Shown in pieces: positions 27,065 to 36,992 of a stretch of DNA of 64,000 bases. The position numbers and the translations under genes were made by a program. The stretch is taken from contig JANMSE010000193.1 of NCBI GenBank assembly GCA_031389045.1, forward strand, positions 4,926-68,925. Reading direction: 5' to 3'. The stretch comes from Deltaproteobacteria bacterium. Lineage in GTDB: Bacteria > Desulfobacterota > Binatia > Bin18. Numbering within the stretch: the stretch's first letter is position 1; each line of letters starts with the position of its first letter. Below the pieces are notes generated by a model. It saw only the letters and a list, made by a program, of their open reading frames with translations. It had not been told where the DNA came from and searched no databases.

Positions 27065-28099
27065 ATGGCGGTGATGAAGGTCGCGCGTCTCTATGACTCC
27101 TCGGACATTCGGTTCGAGGACGAGCCCATTCCGCAAGTTGGCCCCGGTGAAGCGCTGGTCAAGACCCGTGCCTGTGGCATCTGCTCTGGCGATGTCATGG
27201 GGTGGTACATGAAGAAGAAAGCACCGCTGGTGTTTGGTCACGAACCCGCGGGCGAAATCGTCGCGGTCGGCTCAGGCGTGACCGCTGTTCGCCCTGGCGA
27301 TCGCGTCTTTGTCCATCATCATGCGCCCTGTTTCACCTGTCGTGCGTGTCAGCGTGGAGAATTCGTCCAGTGCACAACCTGGCGCTCGTCACGCATCGTG
27401 CCCGGTGGCATGGCGGAGTATTTTCTTGTCCCCAAGGAAAATCTCGCTGGTGACACCTTGCGACTACCAGATGATCTGTCTTTCGCCGACGGTTCGTTGG
27501 TGGAACCCGCCGCATGCGTGGTGAAGTCACTGCGCAAGTCTGGCCTGCAAGGCGGGGAGAGCGTGTTCATTATCGGGCTGGGCATCATGGGCCAGCTTCA
27601 TGTCGCGCTGGCGCGGCAGGCCAATGCCGGACAGATCATCGGCACGGATTTCGTCGCATATCGTCGCGAGAAAGCGCGGCAGCTTGGCGCGGACATCTCC
27701 TTCGATCCAGCTCAAGGAGATGTCGTGGAGCAATTGCGGGCACACACACAAGGGGCAATGGCGGAGGTGGTGATTGTCGGCCCAGGGTCCGTTGAGGCGA
27801 TGGAACTGGGGCTGCGTTGCGTGGCCAAAGGGGGAACGGTGGTGCTGTTCACGACCAGCACGCCAGAGGCGCGGCTGGCGGTTTCGCCCTACGATCTCTA
27901 TTTCAACGAGATTCGTTTAATCCCCAGCTATTCATGTGGACCGAACGATACCCGCGAAGCGCTCCAGTTGATTCGTGACGGGGTGGTCACGGCGGACAAA
28001 TTCATTACCCACCGCTATCCATTCGCGGCCCTGCACGACGCCTATCGGACCGCGTCCGAAGCCCGCGACTCAATCAAGACCATTATTGAATTTGCATAG
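27065..28099 (+). CDS. zinc-dependent medium-chain alcohol/threonine dehydrogenase family protein
   Basis: CGICSGD, GHEPAGEI and the structural Zn motif CFTCRACQRGEFVQC, plus Rossmann GLGIMGQL. ATG 27065 is preferred over GTG 27056 on RBS spacing. Confidence 0.85.
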   Translation: MAVMKVARLYDSSDIRFEDEPIPQVGPGEALVKTRACGICSGDVMGWYMKKKAPLVFGHEPAGEIVAVGSGVTAVRPGDRVFVHHHAPCFTCRACQRGEFVQCTTWRSSRIVPGGMAEYFLVPKENLAGDTLRLPDDLSFADGSLVEPAACVVKSLRKSGLQGGESVFIIGLGIMGQLHVALARQANAGQIIGTDFVAYRREKARQLGADISFDPAQGDVVEQLRAHTQGAMAEVVIVGPGSVEAMELGLRCVAKGGTVVLFTTSTPEARLAVSPYDLYFNEIRLIPSYSCGPNDTREALQLIRDGVVTADKFITHRYPFAALHDAYRTASEARDSIKTIIEFA

Positions 28100-28118
28100 A
28101 CGACGCGGAAATTTCGCA

Positions 28119-28158
28119 TAAAAAAAGGCGACGCATCCTTAGTAGGGATGCGCCGCCT
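28119..28158 (-). terminator. intrinsic terminator for the lpp-like gene (partly bidirectional)
   Basis: The minus strand reads ggcggcgcatcc-ctactaa-ggatgcgtcgcc followed by TTTTTTT. Confidence 0.7.
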
Positions 28159-28182
28159 TGTCAAGGAAAGATCACACGGAAT

Positions 28183-28449
28183 CTACTTATTCATGTCTCC
28201 CGTGACCCTGCTCTCCATACGAGAGGCGGCATCTTCGGCTCTCTTCACCGCGGCTTCAACCCGTGCGGCTGCGGCTTCCGCCCGCCTCGCCGCCTCTTCG
28301 GAACGACTTGCTGACGCACTCGCCGCCTGAGCGGATGCCGTCCAGGTATCGTTTGGCGGTGAGGATTGTTTCGCCGCGCATCCCGAACCAAGCACGGCCA
28401 ATAATGCTCCCGCCGCGATTCCAGTTGTTACCTTACGCAAATTTCGCAT
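28183..28449 (-). CDS. Lpp/OprI-like alanine-zipper lipoprotein with C-terminal Lys (copy 1)
   Basis: Signal peptide plus lipobox-like LGSGC, an Ala/Glu/Arg heptad-rich helix (EEAARRAEAAAARVEAAVKRAEDAASRME), and a final residue K. Confidence 0.7.
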   Translation of the reverse strand: MRNLRKVTTGIAAGALLAVLGSGCAAKQSSPPNDTWTASAQAASASASRSEEAARRAEAAAARVEAAVKRAEDAASRMESRVTGDMNK

Positions 28450-28505
28450 TCTGCTTACCCCTTTCTTGAGGAAGGCCGCGTTATCAGAACCTCATCACGC
28501 GGAAT

Positions 28506-28766
28506 TTACTTCCGCATGCTTTTCATGGTCATTGCTTCGATCCGCGAGGCCGCATCTTCCGCCCGCTTCGCTGCCGCTTCCACCCGCGCGGCGGCGGCTT
28601 CAGACCGTTTTGCCGCCTCCTCCGACCGGCTGGCCGAAGCACTGGCCGACTGAGCGGCGGCAGTCCAAGTGTCTTGTGGTGGTTGCGAGGCTGTGCATCC
28701 CGCCCCAAGGACGGCCAACAGCGCGGCCCCTGCAACACCAGTTGTGATTTTGCTCAAATTCAACAT
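28506..28766 (-). CDS. Lpp/OprI-like alanine-zipper lipoprotein with C-terminal Lys (copy 2)
   Basis: Paralog of 28183-28449 with LGAGC and EEAAKRSEAAAARVEAAAKRAEDAASRIE; it ends ...MRK. Confidence 0.7.
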   Translation of the reverse strand: MLNLSKITTGVAGAALLAVLGAGCTASQPPQDTWTAAAQSASASASRSEEAAKRSEAAAARVEAAAKRAEDAASRIEAMTMKSMRK

Positions 28767-28848
28767 TCTTTGTACTCCCTTCCTGATATAATGCGGTTAT
28801 TTTTGCACACTTTGAGGAATCACTCAAACAGTGCGCGTGCCGTGTTCT

Positions 28849-30498
28849 TTAATAGTCGTCATCCATATCATCCCCGTGGCTGTGGCCATGTCCACCATGT
28901 CCACCACCCGCGGATGTCTTCTTCTCCGGCTTATCAGCAATCGCCGCTTCGGTCGTAATCATCATCCCCGCCACGCTCGCCGCGAACTGAAGGGCGGAGC
29001 GCACGACCTTGGTCGAATCAATGACACCAGACTTGAACAGATTCTCGAATTTTTCCGTCGCGGCGTTGAACCCGTAGTCATCCTTGCCCTCTTTCACGGC
29101 ATTGATGATCACCGAGGCTTCTCTCCCAGCATTGGTCACAATTTGCCGGAGCGGCTCCTCGATCGCGCGACGCACGATAGCGACACCTTGGTCGCGTCCG
29201 TCGCCAAACTTGAGACCATCCAGCGTCTTTTGCGCGCGCACCAGCGCCACGCCACCACCAGGAACAATCCCCTCTTCCATCGCCGCTTTCGTCGCGTGCA
29301 TGGCATCATCGACGCGCGCCTTCCGCTCTTTCATCTCCACTTCGGTCGCCGCGCCAATTCTGATAACCCCGACGCCGCCCGCCAATTTCGCCAGGCGCTC
29401 TTGCAGTTTTTCACGGTCATAGTCGGAGGTCGTCCCGTCAATCTGGGCACGAATCTGCTGCACACGGCCTTGAATCACATCTTTCTTGCCCGCTCCACTC
29501 ACCACCGTGGTGTTGTCCTTATCAAGGATGATTTTTTTACAGTGGCCAAGATCCGCGAGGGTGACGGTTTCCAGCTTCATGCCGAGTTCCTCGGCGATCA
29601 CCTTGCCGCCCGTGAGAATCGCTAAATCCTCAAGCATCGCCTTGCGACGATCGCCGAAGCCTGGGGCTTTCACCGCGGCGCAACGAAGCGAGCCCCGGAG
29701 TTTATTGACCACGAGGGTCGCGAGCGCTTCGCCATCCACATCTTCCGCCACCAGGACAATCGGATGTCCGCTTTGCGCGGTTTGCTCAAGCAGTGGCAGC
29801 AGCTCGCGCATGTTCGAAATTTTCTTCTCATAGAACAGAATGTAGGGATCATCCAATTCAGTCGTCATACGTTCCGGGTTCGTCACGAAGTACGGAGACA
29901 GATACCCACGATCAAAGCGCATGCCCTCAACCACCTCAAGCGTGGTCTCCAGACCCTTGCCTTCTTCGATGGTGAGGACGCCTTCCTTGCCGACTTTCTC
30001 CATCGCTTCGGCCAGAATGTCGCCAATACCCACTTCGCCATTCGCGGCGATGGTGCCGACCTGAGCGATTTGTTCCTTGCCTTTCACCGCCCGACTCTGG
30101 TCTTTCACGCCAGCCACGACTTTCTCGACGGCGGCATCAATCCCACGCTTGATTTCCATGGGATCAAAGCCCGCAGCTTGCAAGCGAAGTCCTTCCCGAA
30201 GAATCGCGCGCGACAGCACGGTCGCCGTGGTGGTCCCGTCTCCAGCAATCTCCGAGGTTTTGGTGGCGACCTCGCGGATCATTTTGGCGCCCATGTTCTC
30301 GAACTTGTCTTCCAGTTCGATCTCCTTGACCACCGTGACTCCGTCCTTGGTGATCATGGGGGCCCCAAAACTCTTCTGAATTAGTACGTTGCGTCCGCGC
30401 GGGCCCAGGGTGACCTGGGCTGCGTCCGCTAATAGATTGGCTCCTTGCAGGATACCGACCCGGGATTTTTCATGCAGGTGCACGAGCTTCTTCGACAT
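28849..30498 (-). CDS. groEL: chaperonin GroEL (Cpn60) with a His/Asp-rich C-terminal tail; no adjacent groES
   Basis: [36 protein letters not shown] and AAVEEG-type motifs. It ends [22 protein letters not shown] 30498 follows AGGAGAG. Confidence 0.92.
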   Translation of the reverse strand: MSKKLVHLHEKSRVGILQGANLLADAAQVTLGPRGRNVLIQKSFGAPMITKDGVTVVKEIELEDKFENMGAKMIREVATKTSEIAGDGTTTATVLSRAILREGLRLQAAGFDPMEIKRGIDAAVEKVVAGVKDQSRAVKGKEQIAQVGTIAANGEVGIGDILAEAMEKVGKEGVLTIEEGKGLETTLEVVEGMRFDRGYLSPYFVTNPERMTTELDDPYILFYEKKISNMRELLPLLEQTAQSGHPIVLVAEDVDGEALATLVVNKLRGSLRCAAVKAPGFGDRRKAMLEDLAILTGGKVIAEELGMKLETVTLADLGHCKKIILDKDNTTVVSGAGKKDVIQGRVQQIRAQIDGTTSDYDREKLQERLAKLAGGVGVIRIGAATEVEMKERKARVDDAMHATKAAMEEGIVPGGGVALVRAQKTLDGLKFGDGRDQGVAIVRRAIEEPLRQIVTNAGREASVIINAVKEGKDDYGFNAATEKFENLFKSGVIDSTKVVRSALQFAASVAGMMITTEAAIADKPEKKTSAGGGHGGHGHSHGDDMDDDY

Positions 30499-30618
30499 CC
30501 GAAACTCTCCTTTCACATATCGTATTCGATTGTTGCCTCGGCCAAGAGTAGCCGAGGTAATGGAAGTTATTCATCTTTTGGTCAATTGCAAGGGTCGCTG
30601 GGAGAAATACCGCTTCTT

Positions 30619-31866
30619 TTAAGGAAGCGCTGGAGGAGTAAGCGTCGCGCGGACGGGCTGAACGGCGTGGCCGTGCGCGTCTTTTTCTCTGGAGGAAGCG
30701 GATTGGTCGTGATAATTCGAGAATCCCCATTCGAGGAACTGTTCCGCGCTCTGGAAGCGGATACGGCTACTGCGACCACCCAGGACCACCGCGATGAGGT
30801 TTAATGACCCGCGCTGCGCCGTCGCCACCAAGTTAAACCGTGCCCGTGAGGTAAATCCGGTCTTAAGGCCGTTGACCCCATCCACCTTCCCCACCAAACG
30901 ATTGGTATTGGGCAACATCTGCGAACCATCCCGAAAGGGGACTTTGTCGTGCGAGGTCCATTCCAAGACGAGGTCATGGCGCAATATCTCCCGTGCCAGC
31001 ATGACAAGATCGCGCGCCGATGAAAAATCTCCCGCGCTGCCATCCGATAATGGCATGCCGTTCACGGTCTGAAATGCGGTTTGCGTCATCCCCAGTTTCC
31101 GCGCCCGTCTATTCATGGCTTCGACACATGCCTCGACCGAACCCCGGATACGTTCAGCAACCGCCACGGACGCATCATTCGCGGATGTCACAAGCATCGC
31201 CTGTAAGAGTTCGCCAAGGGAAAATTCCTCCCCTTCACGTAACCCAATCGTGCGGCCGCGAGCGCGGGTGGCACGCTCGCTCATCACCACTGGAGTTCGT
31301 AGGGAAAATCGCTGGCCCTTGATGTCCTCCAGGGCCAGCAGCCCCACCATCATTTTGGTCAGTGAGGCAGCGGGCCATTGTTTATCTATCTCTTCGGCTA
31401 GGATCACCCGGCCACTCTCCGCATCGGCGAGAATCATGGATTCATAATCCTTGACGATGGCGGGCTCCGTCCGCTGCACTACCCGGACAGGAGCACGACG
31501 AGCGCGTCTTGCCAATCGAACCGAAGATCGCCGCCGCTGAAGACGGGAAACGGTGGGCTTTTCGGGCTTCTCCTTTGTCAACCGAGACTCGGACCGCACT
31601 GTCGTTCTCTTCGTGCGTACCTCACGTCGGACTTCTTTTGGCTTCTTCTCTTCTTTTTTAACGATCTTTGGCTTCTGGTTTGAAGAAACCGTCTGTTTTT
31701 TACTCGAAACGGCGGCGGTTCCTTTCGTGGCTTTTTTCTCGCCTTTTTTCGCCGGCGTGTTTCTCCGTGCGGTGTCCGGTTGGCGAGCAAGGCTCTGTTC
31801 AACCGTGCCGCCCAGAAAACATACCAAGACCCCAAAAATCGTGATTGTTCGCCATCGCATCCGCAT
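30619..31866 (-). CDS. D-alanyl-D-alanine carboxypeptidase (S11 PBP5 family) with a long Lys/Arg-rich linker after the N-terminal TM helix
   Basis: SxxK (ASLTK), SxN (TSAND) and KTG (LKTGFT). About 130 residues of K/R/E/T-rich low complexity lie between the TM segment and the catalytic domain. Confidence 0.85.
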   Translation of the reverse strand: MRMRWRTITIFGVLVCFLGGTVEQSLARQPDTARRNTPAKKGEKKATKGTAAVSSKKQTVSSNQKPKIVKKEEKKPKEVRREVRTKRTTVRSESRLTKEKPEKPTVSRLQRRRSSVRLARRARRAPVRVVQRTEPAIVKDYESMILADAESGRVILAEEIDKQWPAASLTKMMVGLLALEDIKGQRFSLRTPVVMSERATRARGRTIGLREGEEFSLGELLQAMLVTSANDASVAVAERIRGSVEACVEAMNRRARKLGMTQTAFQTVNGMPLSDGSAGDFSSARDLVMLAREILRHDLVLEWTSHDKVPFRDGSQMLPNTNRLVGKVDGVNGLKTGFTSRARFNLVATAQRGSLNLIAVVLGGRSSRIRFQSAEQFLEWGFSNYHDQSASSREKDAHGHAVQPVRATLTPPALP

Positions 31867-32043
31867 CCACCCTACCTCATCCGCATGTATTTCTTCGACT
31901 TTTTCTTTTACTTCCACGAGTAAGCTCCGATCATGGCGGGGGAAAGATTCAAGCGTCAAAGAGGGCTGGATGCTAGCATACGCAACGAAAGGGAATCAAC
32001 TCTTCTCACGGAAGCAGGAGTGCCACAGGGCTCAATTCACAGG

Positions 32044-32445
32044 TTAGCGAGGGGGTTCCGTGGAAGACAACATCGTGTGCAAGGTCCACAAATCTTCCTT
32101 GATGGACCGCAAAAGTTGAAGATGGTCACAGGGTTGTGCGTGGGGAGCAGTGTCGGCAACAGGCAGGGAGAGCGCCATTTCCGTAGCTTCTCCTGTTTCG
32201 CTGTCTTTCAGTTTTTTCTTGGCCCCAGCGATCGTGAACCCTTGTTCATACAAGAGGTCTTTGATCTCCAGGAGCATCTCCACGTCGCGCCGACGGTACA
32301 ATCGATGATGTGACGGGGTCTTTCCCGGTCTGAGAATCGTGAATTCCGTCTCCCAGTAACGAAGCACGTAGGGCTTGACCCCAACGAGTTTGGCCACTTC
32401 ACCGATGCGGAAGTAGAGCTTGTTGGGGAGCACGGGTTCTGGCAC
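32044..32445 (-). CDS. MerR-family transcriptional regulator
   Basis: YFRIGEVAKLVGVKPYVLRYWETEF...YRRRDVEMLLEIK is a MerR HTH. It has a GTG start and sits in the conserved position after ihfA. Confidence 0.85.
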   Translation of the reverse strand: MPEPVLPNKLYFRIGEVAKLVGVKPYVLRYWETEFTILRPGKTPSHHRLYRRRDVEMLLEIKDLLYEQGFTIAGAKKKLKDSETGEATEMALSLPVADTAPHAQPCDHLQLLRSIKEDLWTLHTMLSSTEPPR

Positions 32446-32457
32446 GAGACACCTAAA

Positions 32458-32745
32458 TTAAGAAAGTTCACCTGGGTTGATAGACTTTTTGAGTACGGGA
32501 CTTGGCTTGAAGGAGAGGACCCGTCGCCCTGAAATAATAATTTCCTCACCCGTTTGCGGATTTCGTCCTTTGCGAGGACGTTTCGCGTTAATGATAAAGT
32601 TGCCGAAGCCAGAAATTTTGACCTTCTCCCCTTGTTGGAGGCGACCTTTGAGTAATTCGAAGATCGACTCGACAACATCCGTCGCTTCTTTCTTGGAAAA
32701 TCCAACCTTTTCGTAGATATTTTCGACAATATCCGCTTTCGTCAT
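32458..32745 (-). CDS. ihfA: integration host factor subunit alpha
   Basis: ISGFGNF...RKGRNPQTGEEI is a HU/IHF fold. It sits directly downstream of pheT, as ihfA does in many Proteobacteria. Confidence 0.85.
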   Translation of the reverse strand: MTKADIVENIYEKVGFSKKEATDVVESIFELLKGRLQQGEKVKISGFGNFIINAKRPRKGRNPQTGEEIIISGRRVLSFKPSPVLKKSINPGELS

Positions 32746-32774
32746 GCAACCCCCTCCATAAAAACTCGCTGAGG

Positions 32775-35183
32775 TTACGCCCTCACCTCAACCCCGAGTG
32801 TCTGGACCAGGTGCGCGATGACCCGCGCATGGGCCTCGCTCACTTCCACCGTCGTCAACGTCCGATCCGTCGTCCGGTAAGAGATTGAATACCCGAGGCT
32901 TTGTTTATCGGGAGGAATTTGGCTCCCCTGGTATCGGTCGAAAAGTCGCATATTCACAATCAATGGGTGCGCCAAGGCGTGGACAGCATCAATGACGGAT
33001 TGCACGGGAAGCTCTTTATCCGCCACGATGGCCACGTCGCGCACGACCGTGGGAAACCGAGGCAGCGGGTGATATTGCGTAACGGGGCGAGCATAGTGAA
33101 GCAAGGTAGCGAAGTCAAGCTCAAAAACCCAAGGAGTTTCGCTGATGTCCAACGCCAAAGCGTGCTCGGGATGCAGCGCGCCGGCCACGCCCACGGCCTG
33201 CTGTTCAATGAAGACACGCGCGGATTTCCCTGGATGGAGGAACGAACTATCGGTCGCCCGTTCCCAGCGCAGTACGTGCGCGCAGCCCAGTTCCTGTCCC
33301 ACGGCTTCCACAATTCCCTTGAGATCGGCGAAGTCCACCGCCTTGCCAGGCTGCCCTAACCCAACACTCGGCCAGGTTCCATACAGCACCGCCGCCAGCA
33401 CCAGCCGCTCCTGTCGCTGTTGGATGTTGGTCTGGCCCTTCTCGAAGAAAAACGTTTTGCCGAGTTCGAATGCGGTAATCCCCGCTTCTCCCTGGCGGAT
33501 ATTCAACTGAAGCGCGCGCAACAACCCACCAAGCACACTGAGCCGCATTTCCGCGCCTTCCGCCGAGAGGGGATTCACGAGCGGAATCGCGACGGCTTCT
33601 GGGATAAGCCCTGGGATGAGGGAATTCAGTCGCGCCGAGGTGAAACTGAGATTGAGCATCTCATGCAGCCCTTGCGCGGCGAGACATGACCGTACCCGCT
33701 GGCTCCATGCCCCATCGGTGTCGCGAGTCTTTTCGCGGACTTCCGTGCGTGGCAATACGCCAGGAATCGTTTCATATCCGCGCAGCCGCGCAACTTCCTC
33801 AATGAGGTCGACTTCTTGCGCAAGGTCAGCTCGATACGACGGCGGGGTCACGTCCCACGTGCCACTCCGCCCGCGTTTGACTTTCGCGCCCAGCGTCCGC
33901 ATGCGCTGCTCAATCTCGTTGGCTTCGACCGTCACGCCGAGAAAACTGTTGACCCGTTGCGCGCGGAGAGGAATGACCGTCGGTGATAAGGGATGAGGAA
34001 ACACGTCAATCAATCCCTGGCTCACCTTTCCACCCGCGAGCTGATGGAGCAACGACGCGGCCCGGTCAGCGGCCAGCACGGCACCAAGCGGATCGACTCC
34101 GCGTTCAAAGCGATACGAAGCTTCACTCCGTAGACCCAACCGTCGCGCGGTGCGCCGGACCGTTTCTGGCACAAAATAGGCGCTTTCGAGCAGGACGGAC
34201 GTCGTTTGGTCGCGTACTTCGGAATTAGCACCGCCCATGACTCCGGCAACCGCCACCGCGTGGTCGCGGTCGCAAATCAGGAGGTCTTCAGGCGCCAGTG
34301 CCCGCTCTTTCCCGTCAAGAGTCAGCATGGTGGTGATGTCACGGGCGCGACGGACGATGATTTCTTGTCCAGCAAGGGACGGAAGGTCAAACGCATGTAA
34401 TGGCTGTCCGCGTTCGAGCATCACATAATTGGTCACATCGACGACATTATTGAGCGCGCGCACGCCAGCGGCTTCCAAGCGCCATTTCATCCAGGCCGGC
34501 GAGGGAGCAACCTTCACTCCAGTCACCACGCGAGCGGCATACCGTGGGCACAGGTCGGCATCAGTAATCGACACTCGTGCTTGGCCGTGGATAGCCGCGC
34601 CGCTTTGGCGGACACGTGGTTTCGCGGTATGGAGTGGCACATCGGTCAGCGCGGAGATTTCACGGGCGAGACCGAGCACACTGAGACAGTCCCCGCGGTT
34701 GGGGGTGATCGCCACATCGAGAATGGTGTCTCGCAAACCAAGGATGGCATAGAGGGCTTCACCCAATGGCGCGTCCTTGGCGAGGATCAGGAGTCCGCGA
34801 TGGTCATCCGACAGTCCCAATTCGCGTTCCGAGCAGAGCATGCCGCACGAGAGTTGTCCGCGAATCTCGACCCGTTCCACATACTGGCCGCCGGGCAAGA
34901 TGGTGCCTTCTGGTGCCAAGGCGACTTTGTCATCTACCTGCATATTACTGGCACCACAGACGACCGGCATCATCTCGCCGCCCATTGTCACTTGACAGAC
35001 AGTCAGATGGTCGGACTGTGGATGCGGATCGATACGCACGATTTGCGCGACGGTGATCGGGGCCGCGCCTTGCTCGTGAATGCCATCGACTTCCAACCCG
35101 GCGAGCGCCAAGCGGTCGGCCAGGCGATCAAGCGACAGTTCGATAGCGACAAACTCGCGGAGCCAATTAAGCGTGACTTTCAT
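32775..35183 (-). CDS. pheT: phenylalanine--tRNA ligase beta subunit
   Basis: 802 aa. MKVTLNWLREF start, tRNA-binding, B3/4 and B5 domains, and a C-terminal FDX-ACB domain. Confidence 0.95.
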   Translation of the reverse strand: MKVTLNWLREFVAIELSLDRLADRLALAGLEVDGIHEQGAAPITVAQIVRIDPHPQSDHLTVCQVTMGGEMMPVVCGASNMQVDDKVALAPEGTILPGGQYVERVEIRGQLSCGMLCSERELGLSDDHRGLLILAKDAPLGEALYAILGLRDTILDVAITPNRGDCLSVLGLAREISALTDVPLHTAKPRVRQSGAAIHGQARVSITDADLCPRYAARVVTGVKVAPSPAWMKWRLEAAGVRALNNVVDVTNYVMLERGQPLHAFDLPSLAGQEIIVRRARDITTMLTLDGKERALAPEDLLICDRDHAVAVAGVMGGANSEVRDQTTSVLLESAYFVPETVRRTARRLGLRSEASYRFERGVDPLGAVLAADRAASLLHQLAGGKVSQGLIDVFPHPLSPTVIPLRAQRVNSFLGVTVEANEIEQRMRTLGAKVKRGRSGTWDVTPPSYRADLAQEVDLIEEVARLRGYETIPGVLPRTEVREKTRDTDGAWSQRVRSCLAAQGLHEMLNLSFTSARLNSLIPGLIPEAVAIPLVNPLSAEGAEMRLSVLGGLLRALQLNIRQGEAGITAFELGKTFFFEKGQTNIQQRQERLVLAAVLYGTWPSVGLGQPGKAVDFADLKGIVEAVGQELGCAHVLRWERATDSSFLHPGKSARVFIEQQAVGVAGALHPEHALALDISETPWVFELDFATLLHYARPVTQYHPLPRFPTVVRDVAIVADKELPVQSVIDAVHALAHPLIVNMRLFDRYQGSQIPPDKQSLGYSISYRTTDRTLTTVEVSEAHARVIAHLVQTLGVEVRA

Positions 35184-35192
35184 AATGAAGAG

Positions 35193-35225
35193 AGTAGTCA
35201 GTAGCCAGCATTCAGTAGTCAGTAG
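35193..35225. repeat. CAGTAGT heptamer repeats (family F, copy 1) in the pheS-pheT spacer
   Basis: The sequence agtagtcagtagccagcattcagtagtcagtag uses the same word as at 57531-57550. Confidence 0.7.
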
Positions 35226-35268
35226 AGAAACTGTGGACAGTGGACTTTAGACCTTGAACTTCTTCCGA

Positions 35269-36291
35269 CTAAAACTGTCGCAAGAAGCGCAGATCGCTTT
35301 CGTAGAGTAGGCGAATATCATCAATCCCGTAGCGCAGCATGGTGATACGGTCGATGCCCAGACCAAAGGCGAAGCCCGATACTTTTTCCGGGTCGTATCC
35401 CACCGCGCGAAAAACATTCGGGTGTACCATTCCAGAACCGAGAATTTCCATCCACCCGGTTCCCTTGCACACCGCGCAGCCAGTTTTGCGGCCTCCGCAG
35501 ATCACGCAGCCAATGTCCAATTCCGCGCTGGGCTCGGTGAACGGGAAATAACTGGGCCGCAAACGAACGGGGGTATTGGCCCCATACATCGCGTGCACGA
35601 AAGCGGTCAGGACACCTTTCAGATGCGCGAAACAAATATCCGAGCCGACCATGAGCCCTTCAAGTTGCACGAACATCGGCGAATGGGTCACATCGTCATC
35701 GACGCGATAGACTGACCCAGGAACAATAATCTGGAGAGGCGGCTGACGGCTTTCCATCGTGCGAATTTGCACTGGCGAGGTGTGGGTACGCAAAACGACC
35801 TCTGGACCGACAAAGAAGGTGTCTTGCATCTCCCGCGCTGGGTGGTCGGCGGGAATGTTGAGGGCGGCGAAGTTGTGGTAGTCGTCCTCAATGTCCGGCC
35901 CGCGCACGACCTCGAACCCCATGGCGGTAAAGATCGCGATGGTGTCATCCAGCACTTGCATGAGGGGATGGAGCGATCCACGCGGGCGATGGTTGCCGGG
36001 AATCGTAATATCAATCCGTTCGGCGGCCAGACTGCGCGCCCGCTGTTCGGCTTGCCACTGGGCACGGAGCGCGGTGATGCGCTCTTCGACCAGCGTTTTG
36101 ACCTGATTCGCGATTTCACCGATTTTCCGCCGTTCCTCAGGTTGCAGCTCGCCGATGCCACGGAGGACGCCAGTGAGTTCCCCCTTGCGTCCCAAAAATC
36201 GCAGACGTAGGGCTTCCAGGCCATCGTCATCCTGACAGGCTGCAAGCGCCGCGAGCGCTTCATCACGAATGCGGAGAAGTTCGTTTTCCAT
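35269..36291 (-). CDS. pheS: phenylalanine--tRNA ligase alpha subunit
   Basis: Class II motifs (HPLMQV, FRVDDDVTHSPMFVQLEG, GFAFGLGIDRITML). Confidence 0.95.
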   Translation of the reverse strand: MENELLRIRDEALAALAACQDDDGLEALRLRFLGRKGELTGVLRGIGELQPEERRKIGEIANQVKTLVEERITALRAQWQAEQRARSLAAERIDITIPGNHRPRGSLHPLMQVLDDTIAIFTAMGFEVVRGPDIEDDYHNFAALNIPADHPAREMQDTFFVGPEVVLRTHTSPVQIRTMESRQPPLQIIVPGSVYRVDDDVTHSPMFVQLEGLMVGSDICFAHLKGVLTAFVHAMYGANTPVRLRPSYFPFTEPSAELDIGCVICGGRKTGCAVCKGTGWMEILGSGMVHPNVFRAVGYDPEKVSGFAFGLGIDRITMLRYGIDDIRLLYESDLRFLRQF

Positions 36292-36310
36292 GGAGAAGAA
36301 GGACTGAGGG

Positions 36311-36403
36311 AAATTAGGTCATTGAGCCATCTGGCCATTGGGTCATTGAAGGCATGAACATTCTAACAATGACTCAATGGCTCAATGACCTAATGACTCA
36401 ATT
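36311..36403. repeat. palindrome built from TCATTGAG words (family G) in the rplT-pheS spacer
   Basis: Arms are aaattaggtcattgagccatctggccattgggtcattgaa and caatgactcaatggctcaatgacctaatgactcaatt. On the minus strand it begins directly after the rplT TGA. Confidence 0.8.
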
Positions 36404-36763
36404 TCATGCCGCCCGACGTTGTTTGGCGAAGTCCGCAACGACGGTAAAGGTGGTGGGATCTTCTCCAGCGAGCGCGGCGAGGATCTTGCGGTCGAGCTTG
36501 ATATTCGCCTGATTAAGCCCGTGGACCAGTTGATTGTAATTCAAGCCGTTCAGTCGCGCGGCCGCGTTAATACGGGTAATCCACAAGCGACGAAACATCC
36601 GTTTGCGCGCCTTGCGATCCCGATACGCGTAGACGAGCGCGCGTTCGACCGTCTCGCGCGCCTGTCGATACTGACGGCGGCGCCCGCCGGTGAAGCCTTT
36701 TGCTAGCTTGAGGATCTTCTTTCTTCGCCGACGTGCCTTAAAGCCGCGTTTTGCGCGTGGCAT
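36404..36763 (-). CDS. rplT: 50S ribosomal protein L20
   Basis: [24 protein letters not shown]...YAYRDRK. Confidence 0.97.
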   Translation of the reverse strand: MPRAKRGFKARRRRKKILKLAKGFTGGRRRQYRQARETVERALVYAYRDRKARKRMFRRLWITRINAAARLNGLNYNQLVHGLNQANIKLDRKILAALAGEDPTTFTVVADFAKQRRAA

Positions 36764-36789
36764 AGTTCTCTCTCCTTACTCACATCCCT

Positions 36790-36987
36790 TTACAGGTATG
36801 GGATTAACCGCTTAATCGCGCGCTCATCGACCGCGGCAACCAAGGCGGGATGACGCAGGTGGCGTTTCTGCTTGCGAGTTTTTGCTGATAGTTGATGGCG
36901 TAAATAGGCACGAGCCCGGCGTACTTTCCCGGTTCCCGTGAGCTTAAAACGTTTTGCCGCACCGCGGCGGGTTTTCATTTTTGGCAT
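36790..36987 (-). CDS. rpmI: 50S ribosomal protein L35
   Basis: [24 protein letters not shown]. Confidence 0.97.
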   Translation of the reverse strand: MPKMKTRRGAAKRFKLTGTGKVRRARAYLRHQLSAKTRKQKRHLRHPALVAAVDERAIKRLIPYL

Positions 36988-36992
36988 TTGCG

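Noticed and set aside
26054-28099. hpnH plus the adjacent Zn-dehydrogenase as a hopanoid side-chain cluster
   Set aside because: No other hpn genes (shc, hpnG, hpnI-K, hpnP) are in the window. The dehydrogenase family is generic, so adjacency alone does not support a functional link.
28831-29625. 264-aa plus-strand ORF, and several others (29764-30384, 5657-6484, 58929-59366), opposite groEL, the FAD oxidoreductase and LLM genes
   Set aside because: They are antisense to strongly supported genes. Their His/Arg/Gly-rich translations are typical of GC-rich antisense frames.
30499-30618. CIRCE (HrcA operator) upstream of groEL
   Set aside because: No TTAGCACTC/GAGTGCTAA half-sites are present on either strand. 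There is only a small hairpin (cctcggc...gccgagg).
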